From the NCBI GenBank assembly GCA_018398765.1, contig JAHBMJ010000367.1, forward strand, positions 1 through 49,415: DNA of 49,415 bases, in the 5' to 3' direction. Each line of letters starts with the position of its first letter. Within the stretch, counting starts at the first letter, position 1. A program made the translations under genes and the position numbers. Below, in pieces: positions 11,912-22,783 of this stretch. The notes below the pieces were generated by a model. The model saw only the letters and a list, made by a program, of their open reading frames with translations, was not told the origin of the DNA and ran no database searches. The DNA comes from Chromera velia. Taxonomy: Eukaryota.

Positions 11912-12622
11912 ATGGGAGATTCCAAAGAGACGGAAGTGAAGAGAGACTTGGCTTCTGGAATGAAGCGGCGGGAGAAGTTTGAATGCGAGGAGATGATCAA
12001 AATGATCTCTGGAGTTCCCTATCGTGCCAATGTCCCCCAGTTGGTCGGTCGGTTGTAGGTCGTAAAGCCAAGCCGCTGCCTCTTGACACCTAGATTGTCG
12101 TCCATGGTGTGTGAATGAAACGGTACTGATCGCACGACAGCCACAATCCACAAACGATAGAGATGCGAGGAGAGAGGGGCATGAAGTGAGGCGCTCATCG
12201 GATAAGAGGAAAAGAAAATTATTTTAGCAGGCGAGGAGAATGTCCGGCCGTCTATCTGAGTCACTCTGGTATGAAAGTAGGCAAATCAATTGTGGGGCCG
12301 GAGTGTAGCAGAGAATGGACCCGGAACGGATCACGATGAGCAGAAATTAAAAGTACAGTCGTGCCGTGCACGCGTCCATGTGTAAGCATTATAAAGTATG
12401 TAAAGTTCTCAGACCGTCTATTTTGGCAGGACAGCCCTTCGACGAATGAGTTGTTTTTGTCAGAGACATCCCGCTTTCTTGCATGCTGCCTGCCTGCTCA
12501 CCAGGGACCCCTCAATCACTCGGTCCATGTGGGGCTTTCAGGTTATTTTTCTTCCGTCTCTCACTCCCCACTCCCTTTGGTGTGTGTTTGTAACTCCATG
12601 AGGACTCTTGCCTCTCTCTCAA

Positions 12623-12679
<57 letters not shown>

Positions 12680-15600
12680 GCGTGCAGGAGGCAGGGAGGC
12701 GAGAAGCGTTCGCACTGACTGAATTTTTCAACCGGATGCCCGTCCGGCAGGCCGAGAAGAGCTCTCCTCTTGTGTCTGGCTCTGAATCTCCTTTGACGCT
12801 CTCGCTCTCCTTCTCGAGTCCAGCAGAGATCAAAGAGGCAGAGGATGTGATGAAAGAGGAACGGGGGGAGAGAGAGATGATACTCGGATCTCTATTTGGC
12901 GGTATGGGAGAGGGTGTGGAGATTGTTCCCCCATTTCGGTGTGACTACGGCTTCAACACCTTTCTTGGAGATCGTCAGTCCGTTGTGCCTTTATCTCTAA
13001 GCCTTTTTTAATTGCTCCCGGAGTTTTCTACTTCTTTCGCTTTTTCGTCTTACCTCTATTCTCTTTCCTGTCTCGGTTCGTTCCTTTCGTTCGCCCTCTC
13101 GATTGAAGAAGTTCAGCTTCCCCGATGTCCATCGTTGGTTCATGTGTGACAAACCTGTTTTACAGCCCTTCCGGACACGTTTCGCAAAGCAGCGCACATA
13201 CTTCTGTCTCTTTCATTTCCTGGCTGTCTGAGTGCATGAGAGAGGGCCAGTCTACCAAAGGTCGATATTTTCCTCGCGCTCTGCTTTCGTTCTGGGCTAC
13301 CCCGCCAACTCTCCTCTCTCTGTGGGTGTATGTGTGTGAGTGCGAATATGGGCGTGCACGTTTCCAAGCAGGCGTGTACCTGAACTACGACTGCATCTTC
13401 CTCGACGTCGCGCCCATCCGTGTGGGAGACGGCACAAAATTTGGTCTGTGAGACGGCAGGGGGAAATCAAGGAGTCTTAATCATGCACACACGAACCAGA
13501 ATTAGGTTGTGCAAGAAGACTCTTTTTGAGGCCAATCATACGCTTCGACGGGGGGCCCTTCCTTCCTTCCTTTCTTTCTTTCTTTCTTTCTTTCCTTCCT
13601 TCCTTCCTTTCTGTCTTCCTTTCTTTCTTTCTTTCTTTCTTCCTTTCTTTCTCTCTCTCTCTGTCTCTCTCTCTCTCTCTCGTTCGTTCGTTCGTTCGTT
13701 CGTTCGTTCTTTCTTCCTTCCTTCCTTCCTTCCTTCTCTCTTCCTTTCTTCGTAGTGCTCTCCTCCCGTCAGATTGTTTTCTTCTCTGCTGGTCCTTCTG
13801 GATTGCTTCTTAATCTCAAACGACCTGCATCCGTCCTTTCTTCCATGCATTCGCGGCTAACTGCTGGGCTCTTGAAAGAACGTCTAGTGTTGTTCGACAG
13901 ACGAAATGAGGTCAAACAAGGTAGCATCTCTGTTCTTTCAAGTCTTTCACTGATGCTGGAACAATTCATTACAGTTCCTTCCAGAATCTCTGTAATCTCT
14001 CNNNNNNNNNNNNNNNNNNNNNNNNNNNNNNNNNNNNNCCCCTCTCTCTCTGTGTGTGTGTGTGTGTGTGTGCAGGCCCTGGAGTGTCAGTCTGACTGGC
14101 TGTGGAAGCAAACAAATCGTTTTCCTCTTCCTCAACCGTCATTCCCTATTCACTCAATCACCTACTCACTCACTCGCTTGCTTACGGACGGGGCGACTCA
14201 CTCACTGATCAACCATTTGTTCGCTCGATCCTCTTCCTTGCTGCTCCCCCGATTTTGCTTTCTGCCTCGCTTGCACACCGCATTGATTTGAAACTCAAGC
14301 TTTCACAGTCTCTATCCCCCACCCCCCTTCCTTTCCCTCTCTCTCGTTCGCTTGATTGATTGATTGATTGATCGATCGATGGATCGATCGACGCGGTCTT
14401 TAGTCTTTCTGTTTCTCGCTTTGGTTTGTTTCGTCTTTTCTTTTTGCCGCGTACTGTAGGCGAAACGATTTGAGAGAGAAAAACGCGTCATGCAGCAAAG
14501 CGTAAGTTGATAACAAGAATGAAACTTTCTTCAAGAAGATCACTGTGCAGGGCAAAAGCGAAATACATGCCAGGAAGAGAGAGAGAGAGAGAGAGAGAAA
14601 CAGGGGAGTGAAGGAATGAAACCTGACGTATTGAAAGCCTCCCATCCATCTCTCTCTTTGTTGCTCAATCGCTTACCCTGTGTACGTGCTTGCCTGCAGA
14701 CACCTCTACACGGCTGGTCACATAATTGACCCTGTGCGTCTTCCTGTAGCCTGCCTCTCTGTATTTATGTGTTTTTGTCTTTTCTCCTTCTTACTTGCCT
14801 GCTTTTGTTTCTCTTCTGCCCCCGCCCTTCCAAAAGGCTCACTCGCACTGCACTCTCGCGAAGAATGCTGCGTCCTCTTGGAAATGCTCTTCTTTCTTCT
14901 GTTTCTTCTTTTCTTCTTTTCTCCTCCACGCACTGAGTGGCGCTTCCTCTTTTCTTCGTGGCATTCTTGCTTTCTTTTTGTTTTCTTCTACTTTGTCTGG
15001 TTTTTCATTTTCTTTCTTGCTTTCGTTCTTCCGTTGGTTCTTCCTTCCTTGTTTCTTTTTCTGTTGTTTTCTTTCATTCATTCATTCATTCATTCATTCT
15101 GTCGTTCGTTCATTCATCCGCGCGTTCGTTCTTTCGTTCTCCCTTTCCCCTTCTTTTTTTGCTTCGTTGTTACAAGGATTTGTTCACTTGCTTCTTTCTC
15201 TTGCGAGCAGAGTCGAAGAGCAGATCTGGAGGAATTCGGCAAAGAAATCCGCATCGGCTCCAATGTGTGGGTCGGGGGACGCGTGGTTGTACTGCCAGGT
15301 CGGTCTGCGTCGGTCACTCAGTTGGCAAAAATGAAACCGTAGATTAGGCCCTCGCCGTCATTTTTTGCGCTTTGACTCGCGCTTTTCGTCCTCGATGCAG
15401 TCTGTATAGGTACAGATGTCTTGGTATTCACAGACGGGTTCGGTAGATATATGCATGTGATTTGACCCGACTCGCCGTCGATCGTTCCGTTTTTGAATCC
15501 TATCAATTCGTTGCTTGATCAATGTTTCTTCCTGGGTTTCTTTGGCATACATGCATGTGTGGATGCAGGAGTGACAATTGGGGACAACAGTGTAATTGGA

Positions 15601-15684
15601 GCCGGCAGCGTGGTGACAAAGGATGTACCTTCAAATGTGATTGCTGTGGGGTCGCCCTGCAAGGTTGTAAAAGAAATTCGATAA
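11912..15684 (+). CDS. Maltose/galactoside O-acetyltransferase (left-handed beta-helix, Maa/LacA family); exons 11912-12043, 12688-12973, 13372-13443, 14076-14085, 14700-14733, 15211-15298, 15569-15684
   Basis: The spliced product reads [18 protein letters not shown]...[56 protein letters not shown]...[55 protein letters not shown]. All intron phases fit. An extra in-frame 87-nt intron at 12742-12828 is possible. Confidence 0.93.
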
Positions 15685-15889
15685 AAAATGGATTAGAGCG
15701 GCCTGAATATCCAAAATTCAGGGTGCCTAGAAATTTTTGTTTGAGTTTTTGCTAGTTTTTGCATTTAGTGCGTCGCATATCAGGATTAATCAAGATTATA
15801 CCCAAAATCGGTACAAAAATCAATTATGGCATTTCATTTTTTTTTTGCTAATTAAGTAACTAACGAACTAGTTAGAATCTTTCAATTAA

Positions 15890-16163
15890 TGTGATGTGTA
15901 TGCTAGTTATGCTTGCGCCCCGCCTTTCTGCATTGACTGTGATTAAGCCAGCCCACGTGTATGTCTTTCCGGGGCTGTGCTTGAAGTGAGCGCGCACGTC
16001 GTTGCATGCGATTTAGCTAGACGAATCAACAGTTGCGTTTCCGTTGCATCAGTGTGTGAAGTTAGAGTGACAGCCTGCATGATAGTAAGACGGTGGAAAG
16101 ACGAACGACGATGGTCTTTCCGACTGACAGACTTTATACTGCCTACACCACGTTCACGTAACA
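15890..16163 (+). mobile_element. Solo LTR related to the LTR at 7143-7451
   Basis: Begins TGTGATGTGTATGC and ends TAACA. The flanks ATTAA (15885-15889) and ATTAC (16164-16168) fit a 5-bp TSD with one mismatch. It is colinear with the reverse complement of 7200-7451. Confidence 0.75.
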
Positions 16164-16912
16164 ATTACTACTTTCATTTTAAATGACATATAATAAATGC
16201 TTTAAAGTGCTCCAACTTGCTCCTGAAGACTTGAAGTTATAGTTCTGAAGCTATCTTATTTATCTCTAATATGACCTAGAAAGCAAAGCTCTGAAGGACA
16301 CTTAAAAACAATTGCTCTGAGAACCTAGCTGTACCTAGCTGGGAACGCGTAGGCATGCATAATTTCCTCAAAAATTTTGATGGAAAAGTGGGCTGGGGTG
16401 ATGATCCCCGGTGATCTAGGGTGCATGGGCTTGAACCCAGGATCTCGCCGCGTCGCGAAAGCCTACGAAGGCCCCAAATTTCGCTTTCCGGGCCATTCGC
16501 ACGCTTCGCGTGCGTCAGATTACATAGATGGATTTCAAGCTTTCCGGGGTCGTTCGCACGCTTAATTGCGTCCGTCATGCAGATGCGAAACGTTGCGTGC
16601 GTCAAATTGCTTGCTGATCACGCGTGCACGTCTCCGAAGAAAGCTCCGCAGAGACGCTCCAACCAAATCCGGCAATTTCCGGCATGCACTCCTCTCAGAG
16701 AACGATCCTCTTTTCCACTGAAAGGAGCATTGGATCAAAGCAGACCCAACCAACAATCCACACTGCAGAAGCCTTGCATGCCCACTTGCTTCCAAGAAGA
16801 GTGTGTCTGAGTCTGACGTATTTGTCCTTGGGAGGCAACGAAGGATCACTTTCTCTTCATCGAACTCTTCGAAGACCCCGTTCGAGAAAGAGCTTGGAAG
16901 CGAATTAAGAAA

Positions 16913-19701
16913 ATGGCCAACTTCGTCAGTTTGCGTCTGAAGTGAAAGTTGAGAAATGGGGTAATAGGCGAGAGTGGCTGGTGTGGCTTGGGCCTGTTTC
17001 TCTTCAAGTTGACTCTCCAGCCTTTCTGACGTCTCGATCATTTTCATACTCCCCTTCCCTTCTGAGCTGCAAATCTCTCTGCTTTACTGGATCCACTGTC
17101 TGTCTGTTTCTTTGTGTCCGTGCAGACTGGGAACAAGCCCCTGTCCGAAATGGACCCTGAGCTCTTCTCTCTCCTGAAGCAGGAGAAGGTTAGACAGAGA
17201 CACGGAATCGAACTCATCGCCTCAGAGGTCCGTCCTGTCTCCTTACTCCAGCAACGCAGCCGGTCCCCCCCCCGCGATCGACCAGAAGATTTTATCCAAT
17301 ATTCTGGTCGCGTATGTGTTTTGGTTGTTGAGTTGGCGCTGCTCATGGTTGGGTTGTGAGGCAGAAGGAGGAAGTCTGAGAGAGAAAGGATTTTGGGGAG
17401 CATGCCCTTCAACACAGACTCTCTCTCTCTTCCCTTTCTTTCTATTGAATTACCCCCCTCTCCCCCTTTCCTGGTCTGTTTGCAGAACTTCACCTCGAAA
17501 GCCGTCATGGAGTGCCTTGGTAGGTAGTCTCGCTCCTCCATCCGTTCACTCTCTGAGCTGTGCCATGCCCTTGTTTCTCTACCTTTTTCTTTCAGTATCG
17601 CTTTTCCTCTTTCTTTCAAGTGCCATTTTGGCATAAGATCGGACGGTCGCTCTGTCTTTTGGTGCCGTTTTCGTATCCCGTTCCTGTATGTCCTGCTTGG
17701 TGTCCCCCTGCATGCTTTCTTGTGCAGGCTCATGCCTGACAAACAAGTACTCAGAAGGATACCCCGGCACGAGGTGAGTGTGTGTCTCGTTTCTCTCTCA
17801 TTACTCCTTCCTCTTTGTGACTCCTTCCTCTTTCTCCCGTTATCTTTCTCTCTTTGTGCTCTCCTCTTTCTCTCTCTTTCCCCTTCCCCCCTTTCTCTCC
17901 GTGTGGCTATGTGGGTTATAGAGGATTAGAGAATGTGTGAGTGTGCTGGGTAGATGTATGTATGTCTGACATCTCAATATCCCTTCTTTCACTGCTGAAC
18001 TCACTCACTCTGCGCATGCAGGTATTACGGAGGAAATGAGATCGTTGACCAGGTGGAGGTACTTTGCCAGAGGAGAGCGTTGGCAGCCTTCGGGTCAGTC
18101 AGAGAGAGGGAGAGAGAGAGAAATAGGCAGGCGGGAGAGCAGATATCTGCATGGAGAGATAGATTAATAGGGACATATATGGACAGAAAGACAGGCGGAA
18201 GGAAGGGCACATATGGAGAAACATCTGCACGTGCAAACAGGCTCGGGCACATGCAAGAGGAAGACGGCGGCAGACGAGACGGATGTCTTCAGAAAGGGAG
18301 GGAGGAGGTCAGGTCAATAAAGGAGCTAGTCAGGCTTCACAGTTTTTCTTTGAGCAAGTGCGTGTTCTGTCTGTCTCTCTGTTTCATGCGCCTTCCTGCT
18401 GTGTCTCTCTCAAGGTGCTCGTGAGAGTGTCCTCGATAAAAATCGTTATGGCCCCGTCCTCCATATGCTTCTTCCTTTCTCTTCTCTTCTCTTCTCTTCT
18501 CTTTTCTTCTTTTGACATGCATGCAGATTGGATCCTGAGGAGTGGGGCGTGAACGTCCAGCCTTACTCTGGCAGCCCTGCCAACTTCGCTGCCTATACGG
18601 CTCTGCTTCCTCCTCATGCACGCATCATGGGGATGGACCTGCCTAGCGGCGGCCAGTGAGTCGATCCGAAAAGTCCTTTTGCTTTCCTTCTAAGGTCTTT
18701 TCTTTTCAATCGAGTTCCCCCACTTCCTTTTTTTTTCATTTCGCAGAGGCGTTTCTTCTTCTTCCCTCTGCAGAAAATACCTGGCCTGCTTCTTGGCTGT
18801 TCCTGTTTGCTCTTTTGTGCCTCCCCGCCAGGTCCTCTAAGTATCCTCTGCCTGCCTCTCAATGTCCCTCTGTGCATCCCGGTTCGTCTGCTCATCTTGT
18901 TTCTTTAGTACTTTGATTTCTTTTTTTTTCTCATTGAATTCGTCGTCCATTTTCCTGCCCTGCTTTGATGTGCTGCTCCCTTCCTTCGTTCAGTCTGACA
19001 CACGGATACTACACGGCAAAGAAGAAGATCAGCGCGACCTCGATCTACTTCGAGTCGCTGCCCTACCAGGTGGACCCCAAGACGGGGTGGCTGGACTTCG
19101 ACTCCCTCAGGGAACGCGCCAAGCTCTTCAGACCGGCCATGATCATCGCGGGTTCGTTTGTTCGTTCGTTCGTTTGTTCGGGGGGTTGTCTGTCTTTTTG
19201 TATTTGACACCTGACGCTTCTTCGAAATTATTCTTCTGTCTGAACTCGTATTTCTCAGGCAAGCTTACACGGCCAGCATTGAAAGGTCGATAGCCGAGAA
19301 AAGAAACAAAGCACCAAAGGGGGCAGCGTCCTTCTGGTAGGTAGACATGCAGACGGAACGAATGAGTGATTGCAATGGCGCACGAGGATGCGCTTATCCG
19401 GGTACAGGAAACGGAATACCGTCAGCACGAAGGAAATAGCTCTCGCGTATCATGATAGACTGTGCGAATGCAATGAGGGGGCTGTCTTCATTCATTCACG
19501 AGCTGATGTGTTACCACAATCGAGATTACCTTCCAACCCAAAAGGACGGATTGACACTTGCCCCCCCTTCTTGCTTGCAGGTGCCTCGGCCTACCCCCGC
19601 ACGATCGACTGGTCCAAGTTCCGCGAGGTGTGCGACGAGGTCGGCGCTCTCCTCCTCGTCGACATGGCGCATATCTCGGGTAGGCCCTCGCTCGTCTGTG
19701 T

Positions 19702-19766
<65 letters not shown>

Positions 19767-21063
19767 TTGGGTGTCGTTTTTGTATGTTACTACATTGATC
19801 AGCATCTCTTCTTTTTTTCTTTCGTGCCCCTCTGCCGCTTGGCCGCTTGGGATGATCAGGTAAGATGCTGTGCATGCATGCCTCCTACGGGTTTGTGTGC
19901 CCATCTGAAAGTAGACGAGACGAGAAAGGCAGAAAGAATAAAAACCAAGGGCCTGATGTCCGCATGGGCTTCTGTGTGTTCGCACATGCACATCTATCTG
20001 TCTTGGGTTGCTGTGCTGTCCTGCTTGGCTGGTTTCATTTGAACAGGCCTGGTCGCCTGCAAGACCCACCCATCTCCGTTCCCCTATGCTGACGTGGTGA
20101 CAACGACCACGCACAAGTCTCTCCGTGGTCCCCGAAGTGGCATGATCTTCTTCAACAAGAAGAGAGTCCCCGACGTGGAGGACAAGATCAACTTCTCCGT
20201 CTTCCCCTCTCTTCAGGGAGGACCCCACAATCATCAGGTGAATGAGTGAGTGAGTGGGTGAGGAGAATGTATTCATTCAGTCTTGGGGAATTCGAGCAGG
20301 TGGCGTGTGCGCCAAGTGGACGTCTGGGCGTATCTCTCTCTGAAGTTTGCCCTCCCTCTTTCTTCACCGTTTTTTTCTTTCTTCCTTCATTTCTTTCGGT
20401 CCTTCGTTCTGTCTGGCGGTTTCTGTTTCTTTTCCTATCCTGTGTGTTCATGCCTCCTTTCGTTTTTACTCCCTTCTCTTTTCTTTCTTCTGTTTGGGTG
20501 GGAGAGCAGATCGGAGGCCTCGCCGCACAGCTGAAGGAGGTGACCACTCCCGAGTTCCACGCATACACCGAGCAGGTCAGAGATGCAGAAAGAGAGACGG
20601 GAAGAAAGAAAAAGAGAGATTTGAAATTCGTCTGTCTCTTCATGTATGTGTCCAGCAAGCGATTCGCGCGTTCGATTGATCTGGAGAGGAACGAGACCCT
20701 TTTATCAATTCTGGTCGCGGCCCCTAGCTTCTGCGAATTGCGAATTGCACTTCACATCCCCAAATTGATGCGCTGCTGGGGGCCTGCAGGTCGTGAAGAA
20801 CGCCAAGGCGTGTGGTGACTACTTGATGAGCAAGGGGTACAAGTTGGTGACCGACGGCACCGACAACCACCTGGTTCTGTGGGACCTGAGGCCGCAGGGC
20901 ATCACGGGATCCAAGATGGAGAAGGTGTGCGACGCCTGCCACATCACTCTGAACAAGAACGCCGTCTTTGGGGATGCCTCTGCGAGTGAGTGAGAGCGAG
21001 AGTGAGCGTGAGAGTGAGAGAGAGTAAGAGTGAGAGAGTGAGTGAGAGTGAGAGTGAGAGAGT

Positions 21064-21094
<31 letters not shown>

Positions 21095-21127
21095 CGTGAG
21101 AGTGAGAGAGAGTAAGAGTGAGAGAGT

Positions 21128-21164
<37 letters not shown>

Positions 21165-21221
21165 CGTGAGAGTGAGAGAGAGTAAGAGTGAGAGAGTGAG
21201 TGAGAGTGAGAGTGAGAGAGT

Positions 21222-21252
<31 letters not shown>

Positions 21253-21284
21253 CGTGAGAGTGAGAGAGAGTAAGAGTGAGAGAG

Positions 21285-21334
<50 letters not shown>

Positions 21335-21516
21335 CGTGAGAGTGAGAGAGAGTAAGAGTGAGAGAGTGAGTGAGAGTGAGAGTGAGAGTTAGTGAGAGTG
21401 AGAGCGAGAGTGAGCGTGAGAGTGAGAGAGAGTAAGAGTGAGAGAGTGAGTGAGAGAGTGAGTGAGAGTGAGAGTGAGAGTGAGAGAGTGAGTGAGAGTG
21501 AGTAAGAGTGAGAGAG

Positions 21517-21562
<46 letters not shown>

Positions 21563-21622
21563 AGTGAGTGAGAGTGAGAGCGAGAGTGAGCGTGAGAGTG
21601 AGAGAGAGTAAGAGTGAGAGAG

Positions 21623-21680
<58 letters not shown>

Positions 21681-21968
21681 AGTGAGTGAGAGTGAGAGCG
21701 AGAGTGAGTGAGCGTGAGAGTGAGAGAGAGTAAGAGTGAGAGAGTGAGTGAGAGTGAGAGTGAGAGAGTGAGTGAGAGTGAGTAAGAGTGAGAGAGTGAG
21801 TGAGAGTGAGAGTGAGCGTGAGAGTGAGAGAGAGTAAGAGTGAGAGAGTGAGTGAGAGAGTGAGTGAGAGAGTGAGTGAGAGTGAGCGTGAGAGTGAGAG
21901 AGAGTAAGAGTGAGAGAGAGTAAGAGTGAGTGAGAGAGTGAGTGAGAGTGAGAGTGAGAGTGAGAGAG

Positions 21969-22014
<46 letters not shown>

Positions 22015-22567
22015 AGTGAGTGGAAGAACTAATTTCTTGGCATGGGGTGCACCAGGGAGACGTACATGTGTCTTTCTTTGCATGCGTGTTTGTACACAGA
22101 TCTCTAGACATGTGTTCATCTGTTCGGACAAACACGCATGTTTACGCACGCTTCCTTTGAGACATGAGAGTAGAGGGTCTGTGCAGAAGTTACCCCTAGG
22201 GCCCGCCTCCCTCTGAGTTTGTCTGGCTGGTTGTCTGCCTGCATGTCTGCATTTTATGCCTCTGCCGGATGAATGAATTTGTTCCTTCCTCTTCTGTTTG
22301 TTTTGGTGATGCAGTGGCACCCGGAGGAGTGAGAGTGGGGGCCCCTGCCATGACAACTCGCGGGCTGAAGGAGAAGGAGTTTGAGCAGATCGCCGAATTC
22401 CTCCACAGGGCCGTCGAGATCTGCAGCGCCATCCAACGTCAGCCAGCCAGCCAGCGAGGGGGGGTTTACGTTGGCTTGCTTTCTCTGCCTTCCTTCCTTC
22501 CCTTCCTTCTTTCGACCTTTGCTGTGGGTGTGTCTATGTGTACGGCCCCGTGAGCGGTTGCTTTTGC

Positions 22568-22602
<35 letters not shown>

Positions 22603-22783
22603 GTGTGTGAGAAGGGAGAAGAAGAAACGTATAGTCTGCCTGTCTGTCTGTGCAGAGGAGTACGGCAAGCCCCTGAAGGAATTCCTGAAGGGCCTCCCGA
22701 ACAACCCGAAGATCGCGGAGTTGAGGAAGGACGTGGAGGCCTTCGCAGGTGCCTACCCTCTCCCTGGCCATGACGAGATCTAA
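16913..22783 (+). CDS. SHMT: Serine hydroxymethyltransferase, cytosolic type, 451 aa, 13 exons (16913-16924, 17126-17227, 17486-17519, 17728-17773, 18022-18093, 18527-18655, 18994-19151, 19581-19679, 20047-20237, 20510-20575, 20790-20985, 22315-22437, 22656-22783)
   Basis: Motifs [66 protein letters not shown] (PLP lysine), [21 protein letters not shown] and [15 protein letters not shown]. All introns are GT-AG and phase-consistent (1356 nt total). There is no N-terminal presequence. Confidence 0.97.
20986..22021. repeat. ~1-kb (GAGAGT)n-based satellite with recurring variant blocks, in SHMT intron 11
   Basis: Continuous GAGAGT/GTGAGT/GAGCGT/AAGAGT units starting at the splice donor. It explains the 470-aa and 248-aa low-complexity ORFs. 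Confidence 0.95.

Noticed and set aside
20944..22356. 470-aa and 248-aa ORFs rich in S/L/T/H
   Set aside because: They are translations of the intronic GAGAGT satellite on the antisense strand of SHMT.
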